DNA of 49,084 nucleotides from IMG/VR virus record IMGVR_UViG_2851982317_000003; one strand, written 5' to 3'. The stretch comes from a virus (lineage: Duplodnaviria; Heunggongvirae; Uroviricota; Caudoviricetes). Below are positions 9,368-18,468 of the stretch, in pieces. The position numbers were made by a program, and so were the translations under genes. The notes under the pieces were generated by a model that was not told the origin of the DNA, did no database searches, and saw only the letters and a program-made list of their open reading frames with translations. Position 1 is the stretch's first letter. Every line of letters starts with the position of its first letter.

Positions 9368-9934
9368 CCATTCTTGAAAACTAATACGCCAGTGTCTTCT
9401 ATTAGTTTTGCCACTTTAGAAAAATAGCTCTCAAAAGTGACATTTTTTATCTCTTTTTGTATATCAAAATGTATTGTGTTTGCTATGTCTGTAGCAACAA
9501 CCTTATAATTTAATTTTCTATTAAATTTAAATTTACCAATAAAATCGAGTGGATCATCATTACCATTTTCTCTTAAATAGTCTTTGTACCACTCAAGTTT
9601 ATATTCTATATCATAGTAAACATCAAAAAAATCTTTTCCTAACTCACGGCTATTTATAGCTTGCCTTAAGTCAGGGATCTTGGGTTTGGCTGGAGTTGGT
9701 GGCGTTTCAAGAAATAAAAAACCGAAAGGGATTCCTCCAATTTTTGCCAGTTTTTCTGCTGCGGATTTACTTACCACTCCGTTAAGAAATTTATTAATCT
9801 TTTTGGGCATGACTTGGTCAGCAAGAGTTTCGATAGAAACTCCTTGAGAATTTGCTATCCAATCAATCATCTTCCTAGACAATTGAAATTCAACCGCTGC
9901 CATGTTATCACCTAGTTAAAAAAACCTATTATTC

Positions 9935-9998
9935 AACAATTATTGTTGTGCACCTGATAGCTAACGTCAAGCCTAATTTATTGCCTTACTACAGTAAG
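9935..9998. promoter_or_regulatory. Two inverted repeats in the promoter-proximal gap between cI and the peptidase gene: CAACAATTATTGTTG (9935-9949) and CTTACTACAGTAAG (9985-9998)
   Basis: Perfect 7-1-7 and 6-2-6 palindromes in the 129-bp intergenic region; candidate operator sites. Confidence 0.35.
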
Positions 9999-10032
9999 CT
10001 GAAAAGCGAAGTGCATAATTTTGTTCTGATTT

Positions 10033-10761
10033 CTACCCATGCTTTCTATATGTCTGCGGCATGCTCCCGATGACTTTCCCGAAGATGAACACGCGGTTCA
10101 TCTCGTCTTTCTCGATCGGGTCCCACGGTGAGTAGCTCTTGTTATCAGAGATAACCAGCAGCTTATCCTTCATCATTTGCAGGCGTTTTACATGGGCGGT
10201 GTCGTCATACAGAAACGCATAGATACCATCACCGTCGAAAGATTTAACCGTGATATCAACGAACAGCAGATCACCTGGTTCGATCGTTCCTGACATGCTG
10301 TCACCACGCACGTTAATGATGCGGATATTTTCCGCCTTCCTGCCATCGAACATGTGACGAGCATCGTCAAACGAGTATTCAACCGAGCGTAGAACTTCTA
10401 CAAACTCACGGTTGATTACACCCGGCCCGGCACTGACTTCTATATCAAGAACGTCAATTTTGAAGTATTTGGAATGGCTGATAGCAGGCTTCCCTGATTG
10501 TTGACCGTCATTTCTCATCGGGCCTATGCCTGAAGAGAGCCATTCTGTTCGAACACCCAATGCATTAGCTATTTCAACAATTTTTGTTGAGCCGCGCGCG
10601 TTGCCGCTTGTCAGTCTCCAGATTGTGGGTTGAGCTACGCCAGACGCCTTTGCAAGAGCGCCTTGAGACATTCCAGATTGTTCCATCGCTAGATTTAAGC
10701 GATCAGCAAGAGTTTCTTTTTTCATAAGTTTTAATTTATACGCTTGCGTATTGATGGTCAA
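10033..10761 (-). CDS. cI: CI-type prophage repressor (N-terminal HTH + C-terminal LexA-like S24 self-cleaving domain); true start probably the internal Met MKKETLAD
   Basis: HTH (QGALAKASGVAQPTIWRL) and S24 motif (VRGDSMSGTIEPGDLLFVD...VKRL); divergent from the cro-like gene. Confidence 0.85.
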   Translation of the reverse strand: MTINTQAYKLKLMKKETLADRLNLAMEQSGMSQGALAKASGVAQPTIWRLTSGNARGSTKIVEIANALGVRTEWLSSGIGPMRNDGQQSGKPAISHSKYFKIDVLDIEVSAGPGVINREFVEVLRSVEYSFDDARHMFDGRKAENIRIINVRGDSMSGTIEPGDLLFVDITVKSFDGDGIYAFLYDDTAHVKRLQMMKDKLLVISDNKSYSPWDPIEKDEMNRVFIFGKVIGSMPQTYRKHG

Positions 10762-10829
10762 AACACGTTTTGCTATTGCTTGGATTAATACGCATTGCTA
10801 TTATTCATTCATTGCAATACCAATAGGAA
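10735..10829. promoter_or_regulatory. OR / pRM-pR divergent operator-promoter region
   Basis: Intergenic region between divergent cI and cro-like genes; palindrome ATACGCTTGCGTAT (10738-10751) and TTGCTATTG motifs. Confidence 0.55.
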
Positions 10830-11063
10830 TTGATAATGACAAATCAAACCATTCAACTCGCAATCAGTATTACAGGTAGTCAAAAACGACTGGCAGATCT
10901 ATGCGGTGTAGCCCAACCCACAGTTTGGCGTTGGCTACACGGTGGCGGAATTGATGCCCGCTATGTAATGAAAATTGTCTCAGCCACTGGTGGAAAGATT
11001 AAACCAGCAGATATTCGTCCCGACCTCGCACCATTGTTTAACGCGAGTAATTCTGCCGCCTAA
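10830..11063 (+). CDS. Cro-like / YdaS-like HTH regulator
   Basis: 77-aa HTH protein (QKRLADLCGVAQPTVWRWL) divergent from cI. Confidence 0.7.
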   Translation: MIMTNQTIQLAISITGSQKRLADLCGVAQPTVWRWLHGGGIDARYVMKIVSATGGKIKPADIRPDLAPLFNASNSAA

Positions 11064-11087
11064 ACTGCGGCGTTAACTGATAAGGCA

Positions 11088-11633
11088 ATGACTATGCAAC
11101 CACTTACATACCAACAGACTAGCGGATTTAGCCCGACTGCGGTGATAAATCGTTCTCAAACAAAACAGGTGCCAGGCCACGAAAAAATCCGTGATGCCGT
11201 CCGCGCCTGGTCGGCTGCAGATAATCAGGATGTTGTTGCCGCACTCATTGTGAATGAGTATCGGGAGCAGGGCGGCGGCACCATCGATTTCCCTGATGAT
11301 GTCAGCCGTGCACGCCAGAAGCTGTTCCGCTTCCTCGATAACAAATTCGATTCTGAAAAATACCGAAATAACGTGCGTGAACTGACCCCGGCAATTCTGG
11401 CGGTACTACCGCTGGAATATCGCGGTTACCTGGTTGAGCAGGATAGCTTCATGACTCGGTTGGCTGAAATGGAAAAGGAACTCAGTGAGGCAAAACAGGC
11501 TGTCATTCTCAACGCACCACGCCACCAGAAACTGAAGGAGATGAGTGAAGGTATTGTGTCGATGTTTCGTGTGGACCCGGATCTGGCTGGTCCATTGATG
11601 GCGATGGTTACCACCATGTTGGGGGCAATATGA
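11088..11633 (+). CDS. YdaT-like protein in the cII position
   Basis: 181-aa ORF with YdaT-like motifs (EYREQGGGTIDFP, LTPAILAVLPLEYR). Confidence 0.6.
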   Translation: MTMQPLTYQQTSGFSPTAVINRSQTKQVPGHEKIRDAVRAWSAADNQDVVAALIVNEYREQGGGTIDFPDDVSRARQKLFRFLDNKFDSEKYRNNVRELTPAILAVLPLEYRGYLVEQDSFMTRLAEMEKELSEAKQAVILNAPRHQKLKEMSEGIVSMFRVDPDLAGPLMAMVTTMLGAI

Positions 11634-11719
11634 CAGGTTTAAAAATGGCGAAAGTCGGTCTGCGGGAACAGAACCGACTTTCAGGTGCAAATCGTAACAC
11701 ACTCATTGCGGGAGGAATT

Positions 11720-12649
11720 ATGGCAAACACTGCTGAGATATTCAATTTTCCTGTGCCGGATGCGGCACAAAAGGAGCCGCGCGTGGCAGATCTCGATGAT
11801 GGTTATACGCGCATTGCAAATGAGTTGCTGGAAGCTGTAATGCTGGCCGGATTAACACAGCACCAGCTTCTGGTCTTCCTGGCTGTCATGCGCAAAACAT
11901 ATGGCTTTAATAAAAAACTGGATTGGGTGAGCAACGAGCAACTTTCCGAGTTGACCGGGATATTGCCGCACAAGTGTTCTGCTGCAAAAAGTGTTCTGGT
12001 AAAGCGTGGGATTTTTATTCAGAGCGGGCGGAATATAGGCATTAATAATGTGGTCAGTGAATGGTCAACATTACCCGAATCAGGTAAGAAAAATAAAGTT
12101 TACCTGAAAGAGGTAAATTTACCTGAATCAGGTAAGAAAAGTTTACCCAAATCAGGTAAAGGCACTTACCCGAATCAGGTAAACACAAAAGACAAACTAA
12201 CAAAAGACAATATAAAACCTTATTCGTCCGAGAATTCTGGCGAATCCTCTGACCTGCCAGAAAACGACCTTCCTGTGGTGAAAGCGGATGCTGCGATTCA
12301 GAACGGCAGCAAGTGGGGGACAGCAGAAGACCTGACCGCCGCAGAGTGGATGTTTGACATGGTGAAGACCATCGCGCCATCAGCCAGAAAACCGAATTTT
12401 GCAGGGTGGGCTAACGATATCCGTCTGATGCGTGAACGTGATGGACGTAACCACCGCGACATGTGTGTACTGTTCCGCTGGGCCTGCCAGGACAACTTCT
12501 GGTCCGGTAACGTGCTGAGTCCGGCCAAACTCCGCGACAAGTGGACCCAGCTCGAAATCAACCGAAACAAGCAACAGGCTGGCGTGACAGCCGGCAAACC
12601 AAAACTCGACCTGACAAACACAGACTGGATTTACGGGGTGGATCTATGA
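11720..12649 (+). CDS. O: Replication initiator O (non-lambda N-terminal iteron-binding domain, lambda-like C-terminal domain)
   Basis: ATG with GGAGG RBS; ori iterons inside the gene; C-terminus lambda O-like; stop overlaps the P start (ATGA). Confidence 0.85.
   Translation: MANTAEIFNFPVPDAAQKEPRVADLDDGYTRIANELLEAVMLAGLTQHQLLVFLAVMRKTYGFNKKLDWVSNEQLSELTGILPHKCSAAKSVLVKRGIFIQSGRNIGINNVVSEWSTLPESGKKNKVYLKEVNLPESGKKSLPKSGKGTYPNQVNTKDKLTKDNIKPYSSENSGESSDLPENDLPVVKADAAIQNGSKWGTAEDLTAAEWMFDMVKTIAPSARKPNFAGWANDIRLMRERDGRNHRDMCVLFRWACQDNFWSGNVLSPAKLRDKWTQLEINRNKQQAGVTAGKPKLDLTNTDWIYGVDL
12071..12183. repeat. ori iterons: five ~18-bp inverted-repeat units (TTACCCGAATCAGGTAAG and variants) followed by an A-rich tract
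   Basis: Units at about 12071, 12100, 12119, 12143 and 12166, then AAACACAAAAGACAAACTAACAAAAGACAATATAAAACC. Confidence 0.85.
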
Positions 12650-13347
12650 AAAACATCGCCGCACAGATGATTAACTTTGACCGTGAGCAGATGCGCCGGA
12701 TCGCCAACAACATGCCGGAACAGTACGACGAAAAGCCGCAGGTACAGCAGGTAGCGCAGATCATCAACGGTGTATTCAGCCAGTTGCTGGCAACTTTCCC
12801 TGCGAGCCTGGCTAACCGTGACCAGAACGAACTGAACGAAATTCGCCGCCAGTGGGTTCTGGCTTTCCGGGAAAACGGGATCACCACAATGGAACAGGTT
12901 AACGCTGGAATGCGCGTAGCCCGTCGGCAGAATCGACCATTCCTGCCATCACCCGGGCAGTTTGTCGCCTGGTGCCGGGAAGAAGCATCCGTTACCGCCG
13001 GGCTGCCAAACGCCAGCGAGCTGGTTGATATGGTTTACGAGTATTGCCGGAAGCGCGGGCTGTATCCGGATGCAGAGTCTTATCCGTGGAAATCAAACGC
13101 GCACTACTGGCTGGTTACCAACCTGTATCAGAACATGCGGGCCAATGCGTTGACTGACTCGGAATTACGGCGCAAGGCTGCCGATGAACTTGCCCATATG
13201 ACTGCGAGAATTAACCGTGGTGAGGCTATACCTGAACCAGTAAAACAACTTCCTGTCATGGGCGGTAGACCTCTAAATCGTGCACAGGCTCTGACGAAGA
13301 TTGCAGAAATCAAAGCTAAGTTCGGACTGAAAGGAGCCAGTGTATGA
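12646..13347 (+). CDS. P: Replication protein P (DnaB helicase loader)
   Basis: 233-aa reading from MKNIAAQMINFDREQMRRIANNMPEQYDEKPQVQQ..., lambda P-like. Confidence 0.95.
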   Translation: MKNIAAQMINFDREQMRRIANNMPEQYDEKPQVQQVAQIINGVFSQLLATFPASLANRDQNELNEIRRQWVLAFRENGITTMEQVNAGMRVARRQNRPFLPSPGQFVAWCREEASVTAGLPNASELVDMVYEYCRKRGLYPDAESYPWKSNAHYWLVTNLYQNMRANALTDSELRRKAADELAHMTARINRGEAIPEPVKQLPVMGGRPLNRAQALTKIAEIKAKFGLKGASV

Positions 13348-13637
13348 CGGGAAAAGAAGCAATTATTCATTACCTGGGGACGCATAAGAGCTTCTGTGCG
13401 CAGGACGTTGCTGCGGTAACAGGCGCAACAGTAACCAGCATAAATCAGGCTGCGGCTAAAATGGCGCGGACAGGAATCTTAGTTATTGATGGTAAGGTCT
13501 GGCGAACGGTGTATTACCGGTTCGCTACCAAGGAAGAACGGGAAGGAAAGGTGAGCACGAATCTGATTTTCAAGGAGTGTCGCCAGAGTGCCGCGATGAA
13601 GCGGGTGTTGGCATTTTATCGCGGCAATTTTCAATAG
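13344..13637 (+). CDS. ren: Ren
   Basis: 97-aa ORF overlapping the P stop (ATGA); lambda Ren-like. Confidence 0.9.
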   Translation: MTGKEAIIHYLGTHKSFCAQDVAAVTGATVTSINQAAAKMARTGILVIDGKVWRTVYYRFATKEEREGKVSTNLIFKECRQSAAMKRVLAFYRGNFQ

Positions 13638-13674
13638 ACTATGTACATAAAAATATCATTTTTTTAATACATGT

Positions 13675-13881
13675 CTAATTATTGGACGAAATTGGTTTTT
13701 GCTTTGGTTTAGTTAGCCTAGCAATCAAGCCAGAGGCAATAATGATGATCCAAGCAATTTGATGCAATGCTACTCCAATATAAGAACCTTTATAGATAAT
13801 AAAGGCATAGATCGCTAGAAACGAAATAAATATCCATAACGAAAGTTGATAAATTTTGGCGCGCATATTTAATCCAATCAA
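13675..13881 (-). CDS. Small hydrophobic two-TM membrane protein (hypothetical)
   Basis: 68-aa ORF in an AT-rich tract; two hydrophobic segments. Confidence 0.35.
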   Translation of the reverse strand: MIGLNMRAKIYQLSLWIFISFLAIYAFIIYKGSYIGVALHQIAWIIIIASGLIARLTKPKQKPISSNN

Positions 13882-14122
13882 TCAGAAAGACGAGTAATCA
13901 TAGAGGTACTATCACCCGGGTAACTATTGCTATTATGAACGGATAGGATAGAGGCTTCAATAACATATGCATCAAGTATGATGGAATATGTAGATGAAAA
14001 TGACTTGTGTCAAATTTGTGGAAATGAGTACCATGTTTCTCTGAAATTGATGTCGTTAATGGCTAGTGATAGTGAACTTTTTTACTTTATAATTCCTTTG
14101 GTTATAACAATAAGGTAAATTT

Positions 14123-14683
14123 ATGAAGAAGATAATATTATTAGCCATGATTATTGGTTCTTTAACAGGTTGCGCTAGTGTGCCACCATTGAATTTTTCA
14201 ACACCTAACGTGGGAGTTAGCCAGAAAAAAATAGATGCTGAAATTAAGTCATTAACGGTATCACTTGCTCGTCCAGATGAGCAGAAAGGGGATATCACTG
14301 CTGGTATGGAGGCTATAACTCCAATTTGGCGTGAATCTTTGCAGGAAGCACTCGACCGAATGACTATTTTTCGTGATAGTTCACCAAATACGGTTAGCTT
14401 AAATGTTAAAGTGTTGGCTCTTGACGTTCCTGCTTTTGGTGTTTCAATGACAACTAAAGCAATTGCAAGGTATGAAATAATCAACCGTGCGAATGGTGAT
14501 ATTATATATACGCAGGATATTGAGTCTACCGGTACTGTTCCAGCCAGTTACGCATTCTACGGTATTGTTCGAGCACGCGAATCTGTTAATCGCGCGGTGC
14601 AAAACAACATAACGCAGTTCTTGCAAGCATTAGAAAGTGTTGATCTTTCTCGTCCAATGTTTCCTGTTAGGGTAGCTAAATGA
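14123..14683 (+). CDS. Lipoprotein of unknown function (signal peptide + lipobox LTGC)
   Basis: 186-aa ORF MKKIILLAMIIGSLTGCAS...; good RBS; in AT-rich accessory DNA after ren. Confidence 0.7.
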   Translation: MKKIILLAMIIGSLTGCASVPPLNFSTPNVGVSQKKIDAEIKSLTVSLARPDEQKGDITAGMEAITPIWRESLQEALDRMTIFRDSSPNTVSLNVKVLALDVPAFGVSMTTKAIARYEIINRANGDIIYTQDIESTGTVPASYAFYGIVRARESVNRAVQNNITQFLQALESVDLSRPMFPVRVAK

Positions 14684-15132
14684 AGCGATTATTCGTAATT
14701 GCTCCACTCTTAGTGTTGGTTGGATGCGCACAAAATATATCGCCAAATAATTATTCTGTTGGCTCTGTGGGCATGGTTAATCGAACTATCGCTGGTACAG
14801 TTATTAGTGCCAGGGGGGTTGATATCAGTGGGACTTCCGCGTTAGGCGGGACTGCTGGGGCTGCCGTGGGGGCAACCGCTGGTTCTGCGCTTGGTGGGGG
14901 AGTTCGTTCTAATATCGTTGGTGCCGTTGGTGGTGCAGTCATTGGTGGTATTGCCGGGGCAGCAATCGAATCTTCAGTAACAAAACAAACAGGCATGGAA
15001 TATGTTGTCGAAACTGAGAATGGGAATTTAATGACCATTGTTCAAGGCAAAGATCCGTTATTTACTCAAGGAAGTAAGGTCCTTGTTTTATACGGAAACT
15101 CTTCTCGCATAATAACAGACCCGCGTCACTAA
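14680..15132 (+). CDS. SlyB-like glycine-zipper outer-membrane lipoprotein
   Basis: 150-aa ORF with lipobox (LVGCAQ) and Gly-zipper (GGTAGAAVGATAGSALGGGV...GAVGGAVIGGIAGAAI); start overlaps the upstream stop (ATGA). Confidence 0.7.
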   Translation: MKRLFVIAPLLVLVGCAQNISPNNYSVGSVGMVNRTIAGTVISARGVDISGTSALGGTAGAAVGATAGSALGGGVRSNIVGAVGGAVIGGIAGAAIESSVTKQTGMEYVVETENGNLMTIVQGKDPLFTQGSKVLVLYGNSSRIITDPRH

Positions 15133-15322
15133 CATACCTTTTGATTTTGTAAAATCAATTCGTAATAATAAAGTCATCGGAGCTTGAACAACTCCGGTGA
15201 CTTCTGCGCTAAACGGGGACGTTTATGCGCACATACAATCCAAACTCTCTTCTCCCTTCACAGATGCAGAAATGCACCTGCGATTTTTTGCATCCAGCGT
15301 CTGACCTCTGCGGAGGTGAAGC

Positions 15323-15778
15323 GTGAACCTACCACAAGATGGCATCAAACTGCATCGCGGTAACTTCACCGCTATCGGCCAGCAGATCCAGCCTTATCTG
15401 GAGGACGGAAAATGCTTTCGCATGGTGCTTAAACCGTGGCGTGAGAAACGCAGTCTTTCCCAGAATGCACTCAGCCACATGTGGTACAGCGAAATCAGTG
15501 AATACCTCATCAGCAGGGGGAAATCGTTCGCTACCGCAGCATGGGTAAAAGATGCTCTCAAACACACATACCTCGGTTATGAAACCAAGGACCTGGTTGA
15601 TGTCGTAACCGGCGAAATCACTACTATCCAGTCGTTACGCCATACTTCCGATCTTGATACCGGAGAGATGTATGTCTTCCTGTGTAAGGTTGAAGCCTGG
15701 GCGATGAATATTGGCTGCCACCTGACTATTCCGCAGAGCTGCGAGTTCCAGCTGCTGCGCGACAAGCAGGAGGCGTAA
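15323..15778 (+). CDS. ybcN: YbcN-like nin-region protein (DLP12 ybcN homolog)
   Basis: 151-aa [58 protein letters not shown]... Confidence 0.75.
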   Translation: MNLPQDGIKLHRGNFTAIGQQIQPYLEDGKCFRMVLKPWREKRSLSQNALSHMWYSEISEYLISRGKSFATAAWVKDALKHTYLGYETKDLVDVVTGEITTIQSLRHTSDLDTGEMYVFLCKVEAWAMNIGCHLTIPQSCEFQLLRDKQEA

Positions 15779-15948
15779 TGGCTACACCGCTTATTCGTGT
15801 CATGAACGGACACATCTACAGAGTACCAAATCGTCGTAAGCGTAAGCCTGAGCTGAAGCCATCCGAAATACCAACACTGCTCGGATATACCGCTAGCCTG
15901 GTTGATAAAAAATGGTTGCGACTGGCAGCAAGGAGGAATCATGGCTGA
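15778..15948 (+). CDS. ninE: NinE-like small protein (56 aa), not in the supplied ORF track
   Basis: ATG overlapping the ybcN stop (TAATG); [37 protein letters not shown]... Confidence 0.6.
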   Translation: MATPLIRVMNGHIYRVPNRRKRKPELKPSEIPTLLGYTASLVDKKWLRLAARRNHG

Positions 15949-16231
15949 TTTGAGAAAAGCAGCGCGTGGTCGGGAATGCCAGGTAAGAATCACTGGCGTA
16001 TGTAATGGCAACCCTGAAACGTCTGTACTGGCACATATCCGGCTGGCTGGATTGTGCGGCACCGGTATTAAACCGCCAGACCTTATTGCCACCATTGCCT
16101 GTTCTGCCTGTCACGACGAAATCGACCGCCGCACGCATTTTGTCGATGCTGAGTACGCAAAAGAATGCGCGCTGGAAGGTATGGCGAGAACGCAGGTTAT
16201 CTGGCTGAAAGAGGGGGTAATCAAGGCGTGA
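15941..16231 (+). CDS. ybcO: YbcO-like (DUF1364) nin-region protein; start taken at [10 protein letters not shown]
   Basis: Cys/His-rich protein ([11 protein letters not shown]...[11 protein letters not shown]) as in DLP12 ybcO. Confidence 0.8.
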   Translation: MADLRKAARGRECQVRITGVCNGNPETSVLAHIRLAGLCGTGIKPPDLIATIACSACHDEIDRRTHFVDAEYAKECALEGMARTQVIWLKEGVIKA

Positions 16232-16590
16232 ATACTTACCACATCACACTACCCTGGCCTCCGAGCAATAACCGCTATTACCGCCATAATCGCGGGCGCA
16301 CACACATCAGCGCAGAAGGGCAGGCATACCGCGATAACGTCACCCGAATCATTAAAAACGCAATGCTGGATATCGGCCTGGCTATGCCAGTGAAAATCCG
16401 TATTGAGTGCCACATGCCGGATCGCCGTCGCCGTGACCTGGATAATCTGCAAAAGGCCGCTTTTGACGCACTCACCAAAGCAGGTTTCTGGCTGGATGAT
16501 GCTCAGGTCGTTGATTACCGCGTTGTGAAGATGCCTGTTACCAAAGGTGGGAGGCTGGAACTGACCATCACCAAAATGGGGAATGAATGA
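16228..16590 (+). CDS. rusA: RusA Holliday-junction resolvase (GTG start overlapping the ybcO stop)
   Basis: 120-aa reading [37 protein letters not shown]... Confidence 0.9.
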   Translation: MNTYHITLPWPPSNNRYYRHNRGRTHISAEGQAYRDNVTRIIKNAMLDIGLAMPVKIRIECHMPDRRRRDLDNLQKAAFDALTKAGFWLDDAQVVDYRVVKMPVTKGGRLELTITKMGNE

Positions 16591-16727
16591 TGTTTGAGTC
16601 TTATATGGCAGAGCGTCTTCGCCGCCGCTGGGTGCGCCTGCGCTTATATCGTTTTCCTGGTTCTGTTTTGACCGATTACCGGATACTGAAGAATTACGCC
16701 AAAACCCTGACAGGAGCAGGAGTATGA
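16587..16727 (+). CDS. ylcG: YlcG-like small protein (46 aa), not in the supplied ORF track
   Basis: ATGATG start overlapping the rusA stop; [25 protein letters not shown]... Confidence 0.5.
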   Translation: MMFESYMAERLRRRWVRLRLYRFPGSVLTDYRILKNYAKTLTGAGV

Positions 16728-16812
16728 AGTCAGAGATAACAATCAACTAATACTATTTTGTTGATTTTTGCTTGTAATTGGCGTTCTGGTCTGATTTTTG
16801 TGGAGTAAGTTG

Positions 16813-17196
16813 ATGCGTGATATTCAGATGGTTCTTGAGCGTTGGGGAGCGTGGGCGGCTAATAATCATGAAGATGTGACCTGGTCGTCCATTGCCGCCG
16901 GTTTTAAGGGATTAATTACTTCAAAAGTAAAATCTCGCCCGCAATGTTGTGACGATGACGCGATGATCATTTGCGGGTGCATGGCCCGTCTGAAAAAGAA
17001 CAACAGCGATTTGCACGATTTATTAGTAGATTATTATGTAGTCGGTATGACATTCATGTCACTGGCAGGTAAGCATTGCTGCTCTGATGGTTATATCGGG
17101 AAAAGGTTACAGAAGGCTGAGGGTATAATTGAAGGGATGTTAATGGCATTAGATATCCGGTTAGAGATGGATATCGTTGTTAATAACTCTAATTAA
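16813..17196 (+). CDS. quuD: Late-gene antiterminator Q (DLP12 QuuD / phage-21-82 type)
   Basis: 127-aa reading [33 protein letters not shown]...[16 protein letters not shown]. Confidence 0.85.
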   Translation: MRDIQMVLERWGAWAANNHEDVTWSSIAAGFKGLITSKVKSRPQCCDDDAMIICGCMARLKKNNSDLHDLLVDYYVVGMTFMSLAGKHCCSDGYIGKRLQKAEGIIEGMLMALDIRLEMDIVVNNSN

Positions 17197-17204
17197 TATG
17201 CCAG

Positions 17205-17260
17205 TTGTTTACTAAAAGTTATTAAAAATGGGGCGTTGCAACGCCCCCAAAAATAAAGGG
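17205..17260 (+). promoter_or_regulatory. Candidate pR'/qut region containing a perfect 18-bp palindrome GGGGCGTTGCAACGCCCC (17230-17247)
   Basis: Immediately downstream of Q, where lambdoid phages carry pR' and the Q-utilisation site. Confidence 0.35.
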
Positions 17261-17335
17261 TAATATATAACAGAAGGTTTATATAGTTAGAAGCAAGGTT
17301 GTGCTCCTAAAGGAAGTGGCTTGAGGGAGCCACTT

Positions 17336-17377
17336 ATATGTTGGGGAGGCAAAGCCTCCCGCAACATATCTTTTTCG
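17336..17377 (+). terminator. Strong intrinsic terminator, candidate tR' (15-bp stem ATATGTTGGGGAGGC / GCCTCCC-G-CAACATAT followed by CTTTTT)
   Basis: Long GC-rich hairpin plus T-run about 140 nt downstream of Q, consistent with a short 6S-like late leader. Confidence 0.55.
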
Positions 17378-17385
17378 TAATCAGA

Positions 17386-18468
17386 TTAGAACTGATACAC
17401 CAGACCTACAGCGACGATGTCGTCGGTATCAATACCAGCTGTTTTGGTAAACTTACTATCGTCAATTAAGTTGATTTTGTAATCAACAAAAGTGGACATG
17501 TTTTTATTAAAGTAGTAAGTAGCACCGACATCGACATACTTGACTAAGTCTCGGTCACCATGAACACCAAGGTCTTTACCTTTTGACTGAAGGTAAGCAA
17601 CAGATGGTCGCAGACCGAAGTCAAACTGATATTGTGCTACTGCTTCAAAGTTTTGTGCTTTGTTTGCAATATGGTTATTACCAAAAACGGTCATATTCTG
17701 AGTTTCAGAATATGTGGTAGCCAGATAGATATTGTTCGCATCATATTTCAGGCCTGCAGCCCATACTTCCGCATTTTTGCCGGAGGCATTGAATTTGCTC
17801 TTACCATAGGCGACCTGACCGTCAGTGCGATCTGATTTAGCATAGGTTGCACCCACGCCGAATCCTTCATACTCATAAGTAGTGGAGAAACCGAAACCAT
17901 CACCATTGGCTTCAGTTACGTCAGTGCGGTCATTTTTACCCTGATACTGAGCAGCAAAGTTCAGGCCATCGACCAGACCAAAGAAGTCGTTGTTACGATA
18001 GGTTGCAACACCAGTGGTGCGACCAGTCATGAACACATCTGTTTGGGTCCAGGTATCGCCACCGAATTCTGGCAGAACGTCAGTCCACGCACCGATGTCG
18101 TATGCTACACCGTAGTTACGGCCGTAATCGATTGAGCCGTAGTCACCGAATTTCAGGCCTGCAAATGCAAGACGGGTTTTGTCTTTGGAGGAACCTTGAG
18201 ATTCAGCGCGGTTGCCTTTGAATTCATATTCCCACTGACCGAAACCAGTCAGTTGATCGTTGATTTGGGTTTCACCTTTGAAGCCAAGACGGGCATAAGT
18301 AGTATCACCATCATCTGCATCATTAGAGGAGAAGTAGTGCTTAGCATTAACTTTCCCGTACAGATCCAGCTTGTTACTGTCTTTATTATAAATTTCAGCT
18401 GCCTGAGCAGACATCGCCATCAGTACTGATGCAGCTACAGCAGAAATTGCCACTGTTAATTTTTTCAT
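17386..18468 (-). CDS. nmpC: OmpC-family trimeric porin, phage-borne (Lc / NmpC-like lysogenic-conversion gene)
   Basis: 360-aa ORF with signal peptide ([23 protein letters not shown]), AEIYNKD...C-terminal VYQF; between Q and holin in opposite orientation. Confidence 0.9.
   Translation of the reverse strand: MKKLTVAISAVAASVLMAMSAQAAEIYNKDSNKLDLYGKVNAKHYFSSNDADDGDTTYARLGFKGETQINDQLTGFGQWEYEFKGNRAESQGSSKDKTRLAFAGLKFGDYGSIDYGRNYGVAYDIGAWTDVLPEFGGDTWTQTDVFMTGRTTGVATYRNNDFFGLVDGLNFAAQYQGKNDRTDVTEANGDGFGFSTTYEYEGFGVGATYAKSDRTDGQVAYGKSKFNASGKNAEVWAAGLKYDANNIYLATTYSETQNMTVFGNNHIANKAQNFEAVAQYQFDFGLRPSVAYLQSKGKDLGVHGDRDLVKYVDVGATYYFNKNMSTFVDYKINLIDDSKFTKTAGIDTDDIVAVGLVYQF

Larger units (their letters stand above)
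7987..9903 (-). pseudogene. ImmA/IrrE-family zinc metallopeptidase gene (N-terminal HTH-like domain + HExxH peptidase domain) interrupted by IS1; intact length would be about 379 aa
   Basis: N-terminal fragment 9368-9903 and C-terminal fragment 7987-8590 (HEVAHLWLG motif) are in the same frame once IS1 plus one target-duplication copy (777 bp) is removed. Confidence 0.8.

Noticed and set aside
12071-12183. Possible CRISPR-like array (repeated 18-bp units with short spacers)
   Set aside because: The units are inverted-repeat iterons inside the O gene followed by an A-rich tract, the classic lambdoid origin; spacers are too short and irregular and no cas genes are present.
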